Shown: piece by piece, positions 30,441 to 40,801 of the stretch
Position numbering within the stretch: the stretch's first letter is position 1
Layout: every line of letters begins with the position of its first letter
DNA from: Candidatus Hydrogenedentota bacterium
GTDB taxonomy: Bacteria > Hydrogenedentota > Hydrogenedentia > Hydrogenedentales > SLHB01
Assembly: GCA_963668025.2 (NCBI GenBank)
Contig: CAXXTH010000018.1
Coordinates: 448,001 to 512,000, forward strand
Direction of reading: 5' to 3'
Length of the DNA: 64,000 nt
Position numbers and translations under genes: made by a program
Notes under the pieces: generated by a model
The model's input: the letters and a program-made list of their open reading frames with translations, nothing else
Database searches by the model: none
What the model was told of the DNA's origin: nothing

Positions 30441-30694
30441 CTTGGAAGCGCCAGATTATGACGCCGTCGCCGCGCAGATACCGAGCACGTTCACCGTGCT
30501 TGGTGTTGGACCAAACGGGTATCCGGTCATCGTTCTAAACGGGGAACAAGTCGAGGTTAAAGCGCAATAACAACGAAAACGATGTACGTTGACGAGCTTC
30601 CGTCCGTACAGGCACAACAGCTTGTGCGGACCCTTTTTATTGGCGAGCTTCCGCCGCGCCCGCTCCCGACCTCGAGTCCCAAGGCCTCGGCTCG

Positions 30695-31717
30695 ATGTAC
30701 ACGCCGGAGCAGCTTGCGGAACCAGGCCTACGATGCAGAATGCAGGTGCGGGATATAGCGGCACAGCACGTGGCGGGGAAGAACTGGGCGGATCTGGCGC
30801 CAGAAGAGCAACGCGTTGCCCATGAACAGTGGGCGGGTGATGTACGGGCAGAGTTCTTTAAGCCGGGCAGCATCATGAAAACCAAGGCCGATGGTAAGTA
30901 CCGGTCTTGGGTGCGGCGCGTGGCGGAGTGGATACGGCGGGTGTTGGGCAGGCTGTCGAAGTATGGGCGCGTGGCCCCTCAGTATCGGAAGAACGTGCAG
31001 CTTGCGGCGCAGGGTAAGGTGGCGGAACTGGGGGTGGAAGGCGCTGGCTCGGGTGAGATATCCGATGAAGAACGGTACTCGGCGCGGCTTCGTGATATCG
31101 ATGACTTCCCCCGGGATGACGTGGAACCGAAGCGGCTGGACGTTCGGGGACATAATCAGGTTATCAAGACAAGGGCGAAGTTTGAGTTTAATAAGTGGCC
31201 GGAGAGCGTGACGGCGGGCGATGGAGTGAAGGTTCTGTTGAAGAACCCAGAGAAGGGGAAGTTAGAGAATCGCGCCATTCATATGGTGACGTTCGATGAT
31301 CGAAACAGTGTCAATCCGAAAAAAGCAGCATGGATGCCAAATGTCCCTGATACGATTGAGAATGCCGGTGCAAAGCTTTGGGATAATGACAATAAAAATT
31401 GGATCTACGCTCGTGAGTATCGCGACGGAACTAAGCACATGGTGGTAGTGTCGCCAGATGGGCGTGTGGTAAATCATGAGGTGGGGAAAGGAAAGCTCAT
31501 CACTCAGTTTCCTGGGAATAAACGAGGAAGGCAATATGATATGGACGTCATCTGGCGCAGACCAGCGCCAGATGACCCCTACGGTCATGGGCGGCGTCCG
31601 AGCGTCCCCAAGCCGACGCCTCCCGCCTCAGCGATCCCGGACTCTCGACGGGAGGAATTCCGCAATCAGCCTATCACTGGCGGCGAAAAAACGCAAGGGG
31701 GCGAGCGGCAGCGGTGA
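30695..31717 (+). CDS. Fragment of a phage/MGE large polyvalent protein with a putative BECR-fold (PBECR2-like) nuclease domain
   Basis: WVRRVAEWIRRVLG helix, RYS linker, then RAIHMV..PNVPDTIEN..IYAREY..HMVVV..LITQFP. No clear start or RBS. Confidence 0.5.
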   Translation: MYTPEQLAEPGLRCRMQVRDIAAQHVAGKNWADLAPEEQRVAHEQWAGDVRAEFFKPGSIMKTKADGKYRSWVRRVAEWIRRVLGRLSKYGRVAPQYRKNVQLAAQGKVAELGVEGAGSGEISDEERYSARLRDIDDFPRDDVEPKRLDVRGHNQVIKTRAKFEFNKWPESVTAGDGVKVLLKNPEKGKLENRAIHMVTFDDRNSVNPKKAAWMPNVPDTIENAGAKLWDNDNKNWIYAREYRDGTKHMVVVSPDGRVVNHEVGKGKLITQFPGNKRGRQYDMDVIWRRPAPDDPYGHGRRPSVPKPTPPASAIPDSRREEFRNQPITGGEKTQGGERQR

Positions 31718-31877
31718 AGAATAGCGGCGCCCCAGGGTCAGGCGTTGAGGTGATGCGGGTTAGACGGGGGGTGGCGAGGCCGACAGGCGACAGGAGGGGC
31801 AGCGGCTGTGCGTAAAGCCGGTGAATGGATGGGCGAGACGTGTAGGGCGGCGGCGCAACCGGGAACGCGCGGGCGCC

Positions 31878-33314
31878 CTATGCGGAACTGAAGCGGATCT
31901 GGATGGCCTCGGTGCAGAGGGCGTCATATTGTTCGCGGGACAGGGTGGCGTTGCGCAGGGCTTCGAGGAGGCGATGGGCAAGGTTTCTGGCGGAGCCAAA
32001 GCCTTTTGGAAAGTGGGCGGCCAGAAGGCTGCCATCCTCCAGGAGTTGCATGAGCAGATGGGCTATCTGCATCAAGAGGTAGTAGATCTTGCTGGCCTGT
32101 TCGTTTTGGGTATAGGCGTGTTCGAGGTTGTAGCCGCCGTTTTTCTGCACGTTGAATGCTTCATTTTCAATCTTCCAGCGTAAGCGTCCTCCTTCATTGG
32201 CCAAGGCGGCCGCATTGTGCGCGGATACGGATACGTTGGTCACCCATTTGAACTTGGTTTTCTTTATCATGCCTTCCGCGTCCGGGCGGGTGTCCACGCA
32301 TTCGAGCACGGACAGGATGTGTTCACGCCGCTCGGAATCGCGGTAGGGGATGTCGTTGACCCAGCGAAACTGCTGGTGGATTTCCTTCTTGTTGCCGCAA
32401 CGCCACGTAAGCTGGTTTTCGGGCGTCGCGGCCGCGAGGCTCTCGAATTCTTCGTTCACGGTGGCCAATTGGCCGTCCGTGAGCGTAATCATGAACTTCC
32501 AGCCATATTGCTGGCACAGCCGAAACACCGGTCCCGTGGCGTACAGGCCGTCCATCGCCAACAGCAGCGGCAAGCGGGGGAATCGGGCATGCAGGCGTGG
32601 GGCCAGCCGGTAGAAGGCTTTGGTCTCGCAATCCTGCTTGCGTTGTTGCTCGCTTTTCGCCAGGTCTTTCTCTGGATTCTCAATGAACTCCGTCATGAGC
32701 GAAAAGACCCACCCGTTTGGCGTGACGATCTTGGACTCCAGCACGGGATGGTAGTAGGTGATCTTGCCGCTCTTGTGCTTGCGCGTGAGGCAATGGGCGC
32801 AGTGGCGATGATCATAACTGCGTGTCCCCGTGGCGTCGATGGCCGCCACGTAGTAGCGCCCGAACAGGCGGTGGGGGTACAACACCTTCTTGTCGATGAG
32901 CGTCTGCGTCATGCCGGAAACGAGTTCCTGGACCGCCTCGAACGGCAAACCGCGAAATACCCCGTTCATCGTATCGCCATGCGGCACGCTGTCCACGTCA
33001 AACAAGACCTTGTACAGATGGACCATGAACGTCGTGTACAACTGCAGGCGGACTTGCCGGCGCGCCCCGAGCCGGCATGCGAACATCAGCACTCCCAAGA
33101 ACACCAGCGACGCGACACTGTAGTCCACGTCGCCGGCTTGCTCGGGTTTGCGGGGATCGGGCAAGCCCGCAAAGCGCTTGCGCACCGGGCCAAAGAAGTG
33201 GGTGAACGTCCTCAAGAAGGCCCGGATGATTTCCGGATGCTCTTCTTGCGGGTTTGCAGGAACTGCCGTTGGGCCGCGCCCATGGCCTCGACGAGCTTCT
33301 TGAGCTTTTTCCAT
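31878..33314 (-). CDS. DDE transposase (ISAs1/ISNCY-like, IS4 superfamily)
   Basis: LPDPR, AIDAT..HCAHCL, MDGLY, GRLRWKIENEAFNVQKNGGYNLEH. Confidence 0.9.
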   Translation of the reverse strand: MEKAQEARRGHGRGPTAVPANPQEEHPEIIRAFLRTFTHFFGPVRKRFAGLPDPRKPEQAGDVDYSVASLVFLGVLMFACRLGARRQVRLQLYTTFMVHLYKVLFDVDSVPHGDTMNGVFRGLPFEAVQELVSGMTQTLIDKKVLYPHRLFGRYYVAAIDATGTRSYDHRHCAHCLTRKHKSGKITYYHPVLESKIVTPNGWVFSLMTEFIENPEKDLAKSEQQRKQDCETKAFYRLAPRLHARFPRLPLLLAMDGLYATGPVFRLCQQYGWKFMITLTDGQLATVNEEFESLAAATPENQLTWRCGNKKEIHQQFRWVNDIPYRDSERREHILSVLECVDTRPDAEGMIKKTKFKWVTNVSVSAHNAAALANEGGRLRWKIENEAFNVQKNGGYNLEHAYTQNEQASKIYYLLMQIAHLLMQLLEDGSLLAAHFPKGFGSARNLAHRLLEALRNATLSREQYDALCTEAIQIRFSSA

Positions 33315-33559
33315 TCCTCAATCCATTGCGCCACTTCGCGGCGCAATTCACGGGGCACGTGGAGGGTGCGGGTCTTCCCGCCCTCCTTCCACGTCAGCAG
33401 GGCCGTTTCATGGATCGGCCCTTCCTGGACGCACCGGCAGCGCGGGTTCCCGCAGCGGCTGCGGGTGATGGTGAGCGTGGCGGGAAGAAAGGGCCCCAGA
33501 CGCGCCAGGCGCGCCTGGACCTTGCGTCCCGCCGAGTTCGTGACAGGTTTCCCTTCCAT
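33212..33559 (-). CDS. DUF6788-like small basic Cys/His protein, IS accessory ORF
   Basis: CGNPRCRC..GPIH..LTWKEGGKTRTLHVP; overlaps the transposase start. Confidence 0.75.
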   Translation of the reverse strand: MEGKPVTNSAGRKVQARLARLGPFLPATLTITRSRCGNPRCRCVQEGPIHETALLTWKEGGKTRTLHVPRELRREVAQWIEEWKKLKKLVEAMGAAQRQFLQTRKKSIRKSSGPS

Positions 33560-33595
33560 GTACGGAAGTATATATACTTCCGTACCAGAAGTCAA
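33560..33595 (-). promoter_or_regulatory. Promoter TTGACT-17-TATACT overlapped by a perfect 26-bp palindrome
   Basis: GTACGGAAGTATATATACTTCCGTAC at 33560-33585 abuts the ATG at 33559. Confidence 0.75.
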
Positions 33596-33846
33596 CAAAA
33601 AAAAGCGCCGATGCGAAGAAAAAACTCCCCGCACCGGCGCATCCTCAACTCATTCAACTGCTTCTACGCGAAAAAAAAGCGGTTCTTCACCGCTGGTGCT
33701 CAGGAAAGTGGTGTTCATGGGTGCGCCGAGAAATAAATAGTATAATCAATGATTATGTGTATTATAAACACTTATTCTTTCACAATATAAATATAATACC
33801 ACAAAGCGGATCTATGCATTTTATCCGCCATTTTTTTCTTAAACTC

Positions 33847-35670
33847 TCACTTCATAGCTTCTCCCGCGTTATTGAGCAGCGCCTGTGTTTGTTCGGGGCG
33901 GTAATGCATACGGATGCGCCACAGCATTTCCTCGGGCGTTACGACGCGGCAAACCTCTTTATTGATGCGATCCACGCACCATTTCGTGGGCGTCACGGCG
34001 GCATGCGTGCCTTCCTCCATGAAGGCCGCGTTTTCCGCCTCCTCGTCATCACCCTCGATCTGTTTGAATCCAGACCAGGTGTGGACAACCGTCCATGCGA
34101 AAAGCGGATTGCTCGGGTCTTTCGCGTCCCGGTTGATGAGATGGGCGATCTTCGCGGGCGTGCCCGAACGTTCCGCCTTCACATTCGCCCAGATGGCGTA
34201 TTTGGTGGTGACAGCCGGTATGTCAATCCCTTCCGCGTTCTTCACCCAGAAAATTTTCCCATCGCCGCCTTCGTAGGGGTAATACTGGACCACGAACATG
34301 CCGGTGAGATGCTCGATCTCGAGGGCGTATATCTCGTATGACGCCAGCGCCGCAGGGCTGTTCACATCCATGACCAGGAATTCCAAGGTCGTGTCGCCGG
34401 AACGTTTCATGAACTCATTGAGCCGCCGCGCATGCCGCGTCAGCAATTCCTTGTGCATGCCCGGACCTCGGTTCTCACCCAGCACGTCAGGATAGTAATA
34501 ACCGCCCGCGTGCAGATTCAGCGTGGAATGCTCTGGCTGGGTCGCTGAGAGGTAGTTGAGCACATCCGGGCAAGTTTGATCGAGGCATGCATAGGGGAGG
34601 CTCCATCCGATGGGAAAGGCCCCATTATCAGGGCTTGCCCAGTATTCCTTGTTGAAGCAGAAGTCGCCCATCACCCATTGCACGTTGTCGCCATCGCTCA
34701 TGATGAAGGACGCCGCGCTGCCTTTATAACTCCAGTCAATTGATTTCGGTTCGCAGATTTTGAAAGGACGGGCAGGCGTGATGGATTCGGAGCCCGCGGA
34801 CAAAATAGCGAGATTCAGCGACCAATTGCTGGGCAGCAAGATATGGCCGTATCTGGACAACTGGGCCACGAATCCGCCTTCATCGCCGCCGTTCCATCCA
34901 AGGATCGAAGAGAGCGGTTCGAGCCACGCATAGATGGCGGGCGTCGGTTCGTCGGTGCCAAAAAAGACCATCATGCGTTGGGCAATGGCGATGGAGCGGT
35001 TGTGGGGGATTTTCGGGCCTTGCGCGAGGGCGTAACGGCGGTTCAACTTGTCCCGGTAATTCTCGTATGTAAAGGCGTCTGTTTTCCCGCGCACATCGGC
35101 CAGCATCTTGAGCCCCATCGCTTCGGCGCGCGCCTGCATGCCATCGGCGATGAGCACCCCCTTGAGCACCCCCGCCAGCGACGTGGCCACGTTGGAGGAT
35201 TCATCCATATCCTTCGTGATCTCGGTGGGATTGCCTTCCGAGTTGTCGTAGGTGTAGAGGATGTAACCGTCGTAGATGCCCTTGTCCTTGTAGCGCTCGA
35301 GCAACTCCCATGGCCCGAACGAGCCACGTTCTTCCAACGAGAGGCGCTTCACGATGTCGGCATACCAATGCTCGTAACTGGGATTCTTGAGTCCGACGTA
35401 AATCATCTCATCGAACCGGCCTTCATTCACGGCCATGGCGGTTAAACCCGCCAAAGATTGGGCCAGCATATGCTCCGGCCCGAGATCCGCCGCCGCCGTC
35501 TTCCCATTGGGGGCCGCTATTGGTTTGAACAGCTCGTAATGTGTGCTGGCCAGCCCTTTCGGGACGCGCTGCGTAGGCCAATACCGGTAATCCGCGCCAT
35601 CCGCCACACAGGCGCACAGGGTCAATACGCAACAGGCAGCCGTTGAAAATAGGGCAATGGTCTTATTCAT
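33847..35670 (-). CDS. Secreted GxGYxYP-family putative glycoside hydrolase
   Basis: Signal peptide; ILGWN..E, SNWSLNL, FIMSDGDN, PIGWS, AGGYYYP, VVHTWS. Confidence 0.85.
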   Translation of the reverse strand: MNKTIALFSTAACCVLTLCACVADGADYRYWPTQRVPKGLASTHYELFKPIAAPNGKTAAADLGPEHMLAQSLAGLTAMAVNEGRFDEMIYVGLKNPSYEHWYADIVKRLSLEERGSFGPWELLERYKDKGIYDGYILYTYDNSEGNPTEITKDMDESSNVATSLAGVLKGVLIADGMQARAEAMGLKMLADVRGKTDAFTYENYRDKLNRRYALAQGPKIPHNRSIAIAQRMMVFFGTDEPTPAIYAWLEPLSSILGWNGGDEGGFVAQLSRYGHILLPSNWSLNLAILSAGSESITPARPFKICEPKSIDWSYKGSAASFIMSDGDNVQWVMGDFCFNKEYWASPDNGAFPIGWSLPYACLDQTCPDVLNYLSATQPEHSTLNLHAGGYYYPDVLGENRGPGMHKELLTRHARRLNEFMKRSGDTTLEFLVMDVNSPAALASYEIYALEIEHLTGMFVVQYYPYEGGDGKIFWVKNAEGIDIPAVTTKYAIWANVKAERSGTPAKIAHLINRDAKDPSNPLFAWTVVHTWSGFKQIEGDDEEAENAAFMEEGTHAAVTPTKWCVDRINKEVCRVVTPEEMLWRIRMHYRPEQTQALLNNAGEAMK

Positions 35671-37372
35671 GTGCTTGCTCCTTTGCTGTTTTTAATGGAT
35701 GCGCCTGTTTCCAGAGTGCAACGAGTTGTCCCGGTGAAACCGCCACATACTCGCCGCCGAGGGCCTTTTGGATCGCTACGAGGTCAGATGGGTAATACCA
35801 CCAACTCAACGGATGAACCACCATGAACGCGGGACGTTCTTTAGGGGTATTACGCTGGATATCCTCGATAAGCCATTGATTGCACGCCTCGCTTCGGCCT
35901 GTTCCCGCCGGATCCCACCGCGTCAGCACATGGGACGCTACCGTGTCCCCCAATTGGTAGGTAGTGGCGAAACCTTCCGGCAGGTCGTCGCGCCCCATGC
36001 CCAATAACAAGCTTCTCAGTCCGGGCAGATGCTCCGTGTACCGGCGCGTGATCGGGTCCATCTTGTCCCGGGGGAAAGGACGCCAGGCGTCGGTATACAG
36101 CCCCAGATCGGGCAGGTCGAAACGCGCCATGTTGGCGCGGATGATATCGAGATGCCGCGCCCAGGCCGCTTCGGGGTCCGGCGTCTTTTGCATCATGTCC
36201 CGGTAGGGATGCACATAGCCCGCGCCGGAGATGGCCATGAAGAACAGGTCATTGTCCGTGGCATGGTCGAGAAACCATTCGCCCACGGACGGCTGGGTCT
36301 CGAAGAGCGCCGGAGCAATGGACCATGCAATGGGAATTTGGCCGCGCGCGGGGTCATCCCACACTGTTTTCTGGATGTATTGCCAATACGCGGGCGAGTC
36401 GCCGGATTCCATCACGGCATAGCTCACGAATATTTTACTGCTGTCCAATGCAGGCGGCGGCAGTTCATTTCGGCGCGCGCGGAAGCGCTCCATGGCTGCA
36501 TCCACATTTACTGGCACGCCGCTCAACAGGCTCATGTTCGCCTGCCAATTACACCCGAAAGTCAGCTTGCCATACTGGCCCGACAATCCCACGCCGCCAT
36601 ACTCTGTTAGGCCGGGATCAAATTCGCCGCCATCCCACCAGCCGATGATGGGCGTGTTGTCGGCTGTCGCTGCGAATACTTTTTCCGCGAACGCCTTTTC
36701 GGCTTCGGGAGCGCCGTGTGGGTCTTCTACGCTGCTCTTGCCGGTGGCGAAGAACGTGAAGACGCGCTGCGCCACGAGGTAGTCCCGGAGATGATGGTTG
36801 GCTTGGGTGGGATGGTACACGGCCAAAAGCTGGTGGTTCATGCGCGGCCACAATTCCGCGAATGCCCATTCATAGGCCTCGATGTTGGTTTTCCAGCGTC
36901 CGCGTAGATCAATGGCGGGGCCAGCAACCATGGTCGAGAAGCGCTCGATATCGCGCGGAGCCGCTACAAAGCCATCCTGATCGGCGGCCATCATGGTGGC
37001 GATGTTCATGGAAGCAGGCAGCTCCGGGTCGTATACGAGCAGGCATTTGGCCTTGCGGATGTATTTGGCGAAATACGCGTCCAGGTCCATGCGGTTGACG
37101 CCGGTGATATAGCCCTTGCGCTGAAGCTCTCCCAGCCAGAAGTTGTCGCTCTCGGACAAGATCAGGAAAACAACAGCTTCCGGTCCACGATTGCACAATC
37201 CTTCGAGGGTGATGGCTGCGAGCTTCGTATCGAGGTCCGCTTTTTGCAGGTCTACGGCGTCCAAGACTTTGGCGGGAGGCGGCGTTTGGGGAAATAGGCG
37301 GGCAGGCGTTTCGGCGGCGAGTGCCGCGCCACATGCCAAGCCACACGCGAGCATGCACATCCAGAAATGCAT
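35663..37372 (-). CDS. Secreted GxGYxYP-family putative glycoside hydrolase
   Basis: Signal peptide; TLEGLCNR, LRDYLVA, IIGWW, ANMSLLSG, MESGDS, RGQIPIAWS, SGAGYVHP. Confidence 0.85.
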   Translation of the reverse strand: MHFWMCMLACGLACGAALAAETPARLFPQTPPPAKVLDAVDLQKADLDTKLAAITLEGLCNRGPEAVVFLILSESDNFWLGELQRKGYITGVNRMDLDAYFAKYIRKAKCLLVYDPELPASMNIATMMAADQDGFVAAPRDIERFSTMVAGPAIDLRGRWKTNIEAYEWAFAELWPRMNHQLLAVYHPTQANHHLRDYLVAQRVFTFFATGKSSVEDPHGAPEAEKAFAEKVFAATADNTPIIGWWDGGEFDPGLTEYGGVGLSGQYGKLTFGCNWQANMSLLSGVPVNVDAAMERFRARRNELPPPALDSSKIFVSYAVMESGDSPAYWQYIQKTVWDDPARGQIPIAWSIAPALFETQPSVGEWFLDHATDNDLFFMAISGAGYVHPYRDMMQKTPDPEAAWARHLDIIRANMARFDLPDLGLYTDAWRPFPRDKMDPITRRYTEHLPGLRSLLLGMGRDDLPEGFATTYQLGDTVASHVLTRWDPAGTGRSEACNQWLIEDIQRNTPKERPAFMVVHPLSWWYYPSDLVAIQKALGGEYVAVSPGQLVALWKQAHPLKTAKEQAHE

Positions 37373-37377
37373 CGGCT

Positions 37378-38264
37378 TTACCCCTTGATGGCTCCGCCAG
37401 CCAACCCTTTGATGAAGGTTTTGACCGCACAGAGGAAGAACACGACCATGGGAACGGACGCCATGGCGTAGGTGGCCATGGTCTTGCCTGGCTCGAAACG
37501 GAGGTAGTATTCCGTGTCTAGAAACGCCAGCCCGAGGGGAATGGTGCGCAGCGCCTCGTCACGCACGGCCAATAGCGGCCAGACGTAATTGTTCCACGAC
37601 CCCAGCACGTTCACGATGGCCACGGTGCTGATGATGGGCTTCGACATGGGCAGCACGATATGCTGGAGCACTTGCCACTCGCGGGCCCCGTCGATGCGCG
37701 CCGAATCGAAGAAGTCACGGGGGATTTCATCAAAAAAGTTTTTCAGCAAGAAGATCGCCATGGCCAATGAGCCCGCCACTTGCGGCAGGATTAAACCGGA
37801 GTAATGGTTCAGCATGCCCAATTGCCGCACCGTGAGGAAAAGCGGCACGAGCATGAGGATGCCGGGGGGCCATCATGAGCGAGATGATGGCCATATACAG
37901 AAAACGCTGGCCATGGAAGCGATGGGACGCTGAAGGCGTAGGCGGCCAGCATGGACACCAGAAGCGTCAGCACGCATACGGACGCACTGACTGCTATGCT
38001 ATTAAACAGATACCGGGCGGTTACCTCGACGCCAAAAGAGAAATTTTCCCAGCGGATGGGGTTCGGCAATTCCCAGAACCGGGCGTATATCTGCGCGGGG
38101 TCTTTGGACGCCATCGAGAGCATGATGAAGAAAGGGAAAATGGTCGCTGCTGTGCCTGCCGCCAGTGCGGCATGAACAGATGCTTGCCGGAGCCAATCGG
38201 CTCGCAAGCGGCGCGTGTTGCGGCGTGCTGGGCCAGTTCGCGTGATGTGGGCTGCTTCCGCCAC
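37378..38264 (-). CDS. Carbohydrate ABC permease (MalG-type), split by two +1 frameshifts
   Basis: Removing one G at each of 37924-37926 and 37864-37869 gives AYAFSVHRFHGQRFLYMAIISLMMAPGILMLVP..IPRDFFDSARIDGA..WNNYVWP. Confidence 0.85.
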
Positions 38265-38265
38265 G

Positions 38266-39126
38266 TCAATACCCCCGTTTCCGCATCAGGAATAAATTTA
38301 GCGCCGTCAATACCAGGCAGATACAGAATAAGATGAAGCCAATGGCCGAGGCATATCCCAAGCGGCCAAACTCGAAACAATTCTGGAAGAGATATAGCCC
38401 CGGAACCAGGGTGCTGTTCGCGGGCCCGCCCGCCGTGAGCACGAGAATGCTGTCATAAGATTGGACGAGGCCCAGGGTGGAAAGGATGGCCACGATGCGG
38501 AATTGGGGCAGCAAGGTGGGCATCTCGATGCGGCGGAGGACATCCATGGGAGTGGCCCCATCGAGCTGGGCGGCCTCGTACAGGCTCTTGGGAATCGTGA
38601 TGAATCCCGCCAGGAACAACAGCATGCTGATCCCGCCTATCCAGGGCGCGCCCATGAAGATAATCGCGCCGATCACGGTGGCAGTATTCCCGAGCCAGGA
38701 CGCTTGCAGCGCGCCGAGTCCAATGGCCGCCAGCAGCCGGTTCACGGCCCCGTCGGTTCCATAAAAATTGCGCCAGATCAACACATTGGTCATCATGGGT
38801 ATCACCACAGGGATGACCAGCACGGCCCGGTAGAAAAAAGCAGCCCGGCCATTGCGCACGGAATGGATCAGCTTGGCCCCGATGAACGGCCCGAACACTT
38901 GCAACGGAAGCCCAAGCGCGAACAACGCCAATACGCGGAAGGTGTGCCAGAACAGTGAGTCGTGGGCCAGCTCACGGAAATTCCGCAGCCCTATGAACGT
39001 GTTCACATTCAATCCATCGCTTTCATACAGCGCCAAGCGGAATGCGTTGCAGAAAGGCCAATAGGCGAACACCCCCAGCAGGATGAAAGCCGGGAGCAGA
39101 TAGAGATAAGCGATGCGCGTTTTCAT
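38266..39126 (-). CDS. Carbohydrate ABC permease (MalF-type)
   Basis: YLYLLPA, FIGLRNF, IPKSLYEAAQLDGA, LTAGGP, GYASAIG. Confidence 0.92.
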   Translation of the reverse strand: MKTRIAYLYLLPAFILLGVFAYWPFCNAFRLALYESDGLNVNTFIGLRNFRELAHDSLFWHTFRVLALFALGLPLQVFGPFIGAKLIHSVRNGRAAFFYRAVLVIPVVIPMMTNVLIWRNFYGTDGAVNRLLAAIGLGALQASWLGNTATVIGAIIFMGAPWIGGISMLLFLAGFITIPKSLYEAAQLDGATPMDVLRRIEMPTLLPQFRIVAILSTLGLVQSYDSILVLTAGGPANSTLVPGLYLFQNCFEFGRLGYASAIGFILFCICLVLTALNLFLMRKRGY

Positions 39127-40671
39127 GGCCGCCCCCATCCGCCGACATCGCCGAGTTGCTCACGGATAAAGTCCAGGTCGAGTTCCGCTTGATAAATCAC
39201 GGCTTGCCGTTCGATTGAGCGCCGGTGCAAGGCGCTCAATTGAATCAAGAAGCTATCCAGTGGAAGCGTTCCGCCCAAATAGCCCTGCCAGATGGGCCAG
39301 AATTCACTGAGCGATTGCGCATCGTAGCCGGTATAGCTTGATACCGGCAGGAACGCATATTCCACTTGCGGGAGCAGGGCCGCCGCCTGCGGTTTGGGCG
39401 GCACGGCCTCGACGGCGGGAATGTCGTACACCACGCAATTGCTGAAGATCTTCTGGGCCACATGAGGCAGTGTGAGGTATTGGCAAAGCAACACGCCTGC
39501 CTGCTCGCGCCATTTCTCCGTTTCTTGCGCCGACACCATCAAACAGGCCCGCATGCCCGCATTTTGATTGATGCCGCCCGCCCGGACGAGGGGCGTCGTC
39601 TCGGGCGTCAGCGTGGGGAAGGGGAACGTGCGGGCTTCGAATGCCTTTTCCGGCGCGACAACGCGCATCATGTCTTGCAGGCTGGCGAGTTCCCCGAGAT
39701 ACCACGTGCCGTTCATCATATGGACCGAACCGGCCGCCGCAAAAATTTTATAGATCTCTTCGCCGCTTAGGCTCAGAAAATCGGGGACGCCATCGCGTGG
39801 ACATGTCTTTCACGATGCGCGCCACTTCCTCGAATTCCGGGGCCTTGGCGGGATCGATAATGCCCTTCTCGAAGGCCACGATCCGTTCCGAGATATCGAT
39901 GCGTTCCTCGACCGTGCATTGGCGGTCTTGATAATCAAAATGCCAATTGGGCGTAGCCGTGCGCAGGTTGACTTCCGGAATATGCACACGCATCAGGCAT
40001 TCTTCAATGGCTGCGGCGATCCAGGTGGACTGGGTGTCGTCAGACCGGACTGCGGTGAGAAAAGCGGTCTGGCCGCTTTTCAGAACGGCGTCCATGTTAT
40101 CGAGCAATTCATTCCAAGTAGCTGGGGGAGTGAGGCCCAATTGGTCATACGCCGTGCCGTTATAAAAAAAGCCCACGCCATACTGGGTGTAAGGGATTAA
40201 GTAGAGATGCCCGTTCGTATCGAGCGATTGCTGAATGTGCGGTTTGCGGAATGCGGCGGACCATGGCAGCCCGTCCTGATCGAGCGGATTTGGTTCGCCA
40301 ATATCGGCGTCGAAGCAATGCATGAGTTTGGCCTGGCCATACCGCCAGGCAAGGCCTGGATTTTCGAGCAGAAACACTTCCGGCGGATTTTTAGCGAGAA
40401 AGCGGGCATGAATCCAGGTGAGGTACGAAAGATAAGGGATGCCTTGCACCTCGAGGGCGATGCCGGTGTCGCGTTCAAAGTCCGCGGTGATCGTCCTAAG
40501 GCCAGGCAAAAATTCCGAGAAGAAAGTCGTCAATACGATGGAAGGATGTTCTGGCGCTCCGTCCAGTTTAATCGGCGCATCCGCCCGCGCCTGCGCCGCG
40601 CCCCATGCAAGGAATACGCATATAAAGGCCTTCAATACTTTGACGCTGATATTACCGATTGTAGCCCGCAC
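39123..40671 (-). CDS. ABC substrate-binding protein, split by a +1 frameshift at the G4 run 39783-39786
   Basis: Signal peptide; GHLYLIP, FFYN..YDQLGLTPPATWNEL. The corrected frame reads RWRPDFLSLSGEEIYKIFAAAGSVHMMNGTW. Confidence 0.85.
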
Positions 40672-40731
40672 GCATGAAGCTCCATTCCGAGTGGACGCAA
40701 CGCATAACCAAATCGCCGGTTATCTTTTCCT

Positions 40732-40801
40732 GTAGCATGGTCGTCCCGCCCATGAAGCAGGCGCTATACCCATTGTTTCATGGGCGGGACGCCCATGCTA
40801 C
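40732..40801. repeat. GTAG-type REP-like inverted doublet (28-bp arms, 2 mismatches)
   Basis: GTAGCATGGTCGTCCCGCCCATGAAGCA ... TGTTTCATGGGCGGGACGCCCATGCTAC; each arm has an internal palindrome. Confidence 0.7.

Larger units (their letters stand above)
31851..33728 (-). mobile_element. Two-ORF insertion sequence (DUF6788-like ORF + DDE transposase) with about 18-bp imperfect terminal inverted repeats
   Basis: Left end CGGCGCAACCGGGAACGC vs reverse complement of right end CGGCGCACCCATGAACAC (14/18). No target duplication seen. Confidence 0.75.

Noticed and set aside
28270-31850. Prophage or intact defence island
   Set aside because: No integrase, structural or replication genes; only fragments.
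32217-33740. 507-aa plus-strand ORF
   Set aside because: Antisense shadow of the transposase and DUF6788-like genes; no motifs.
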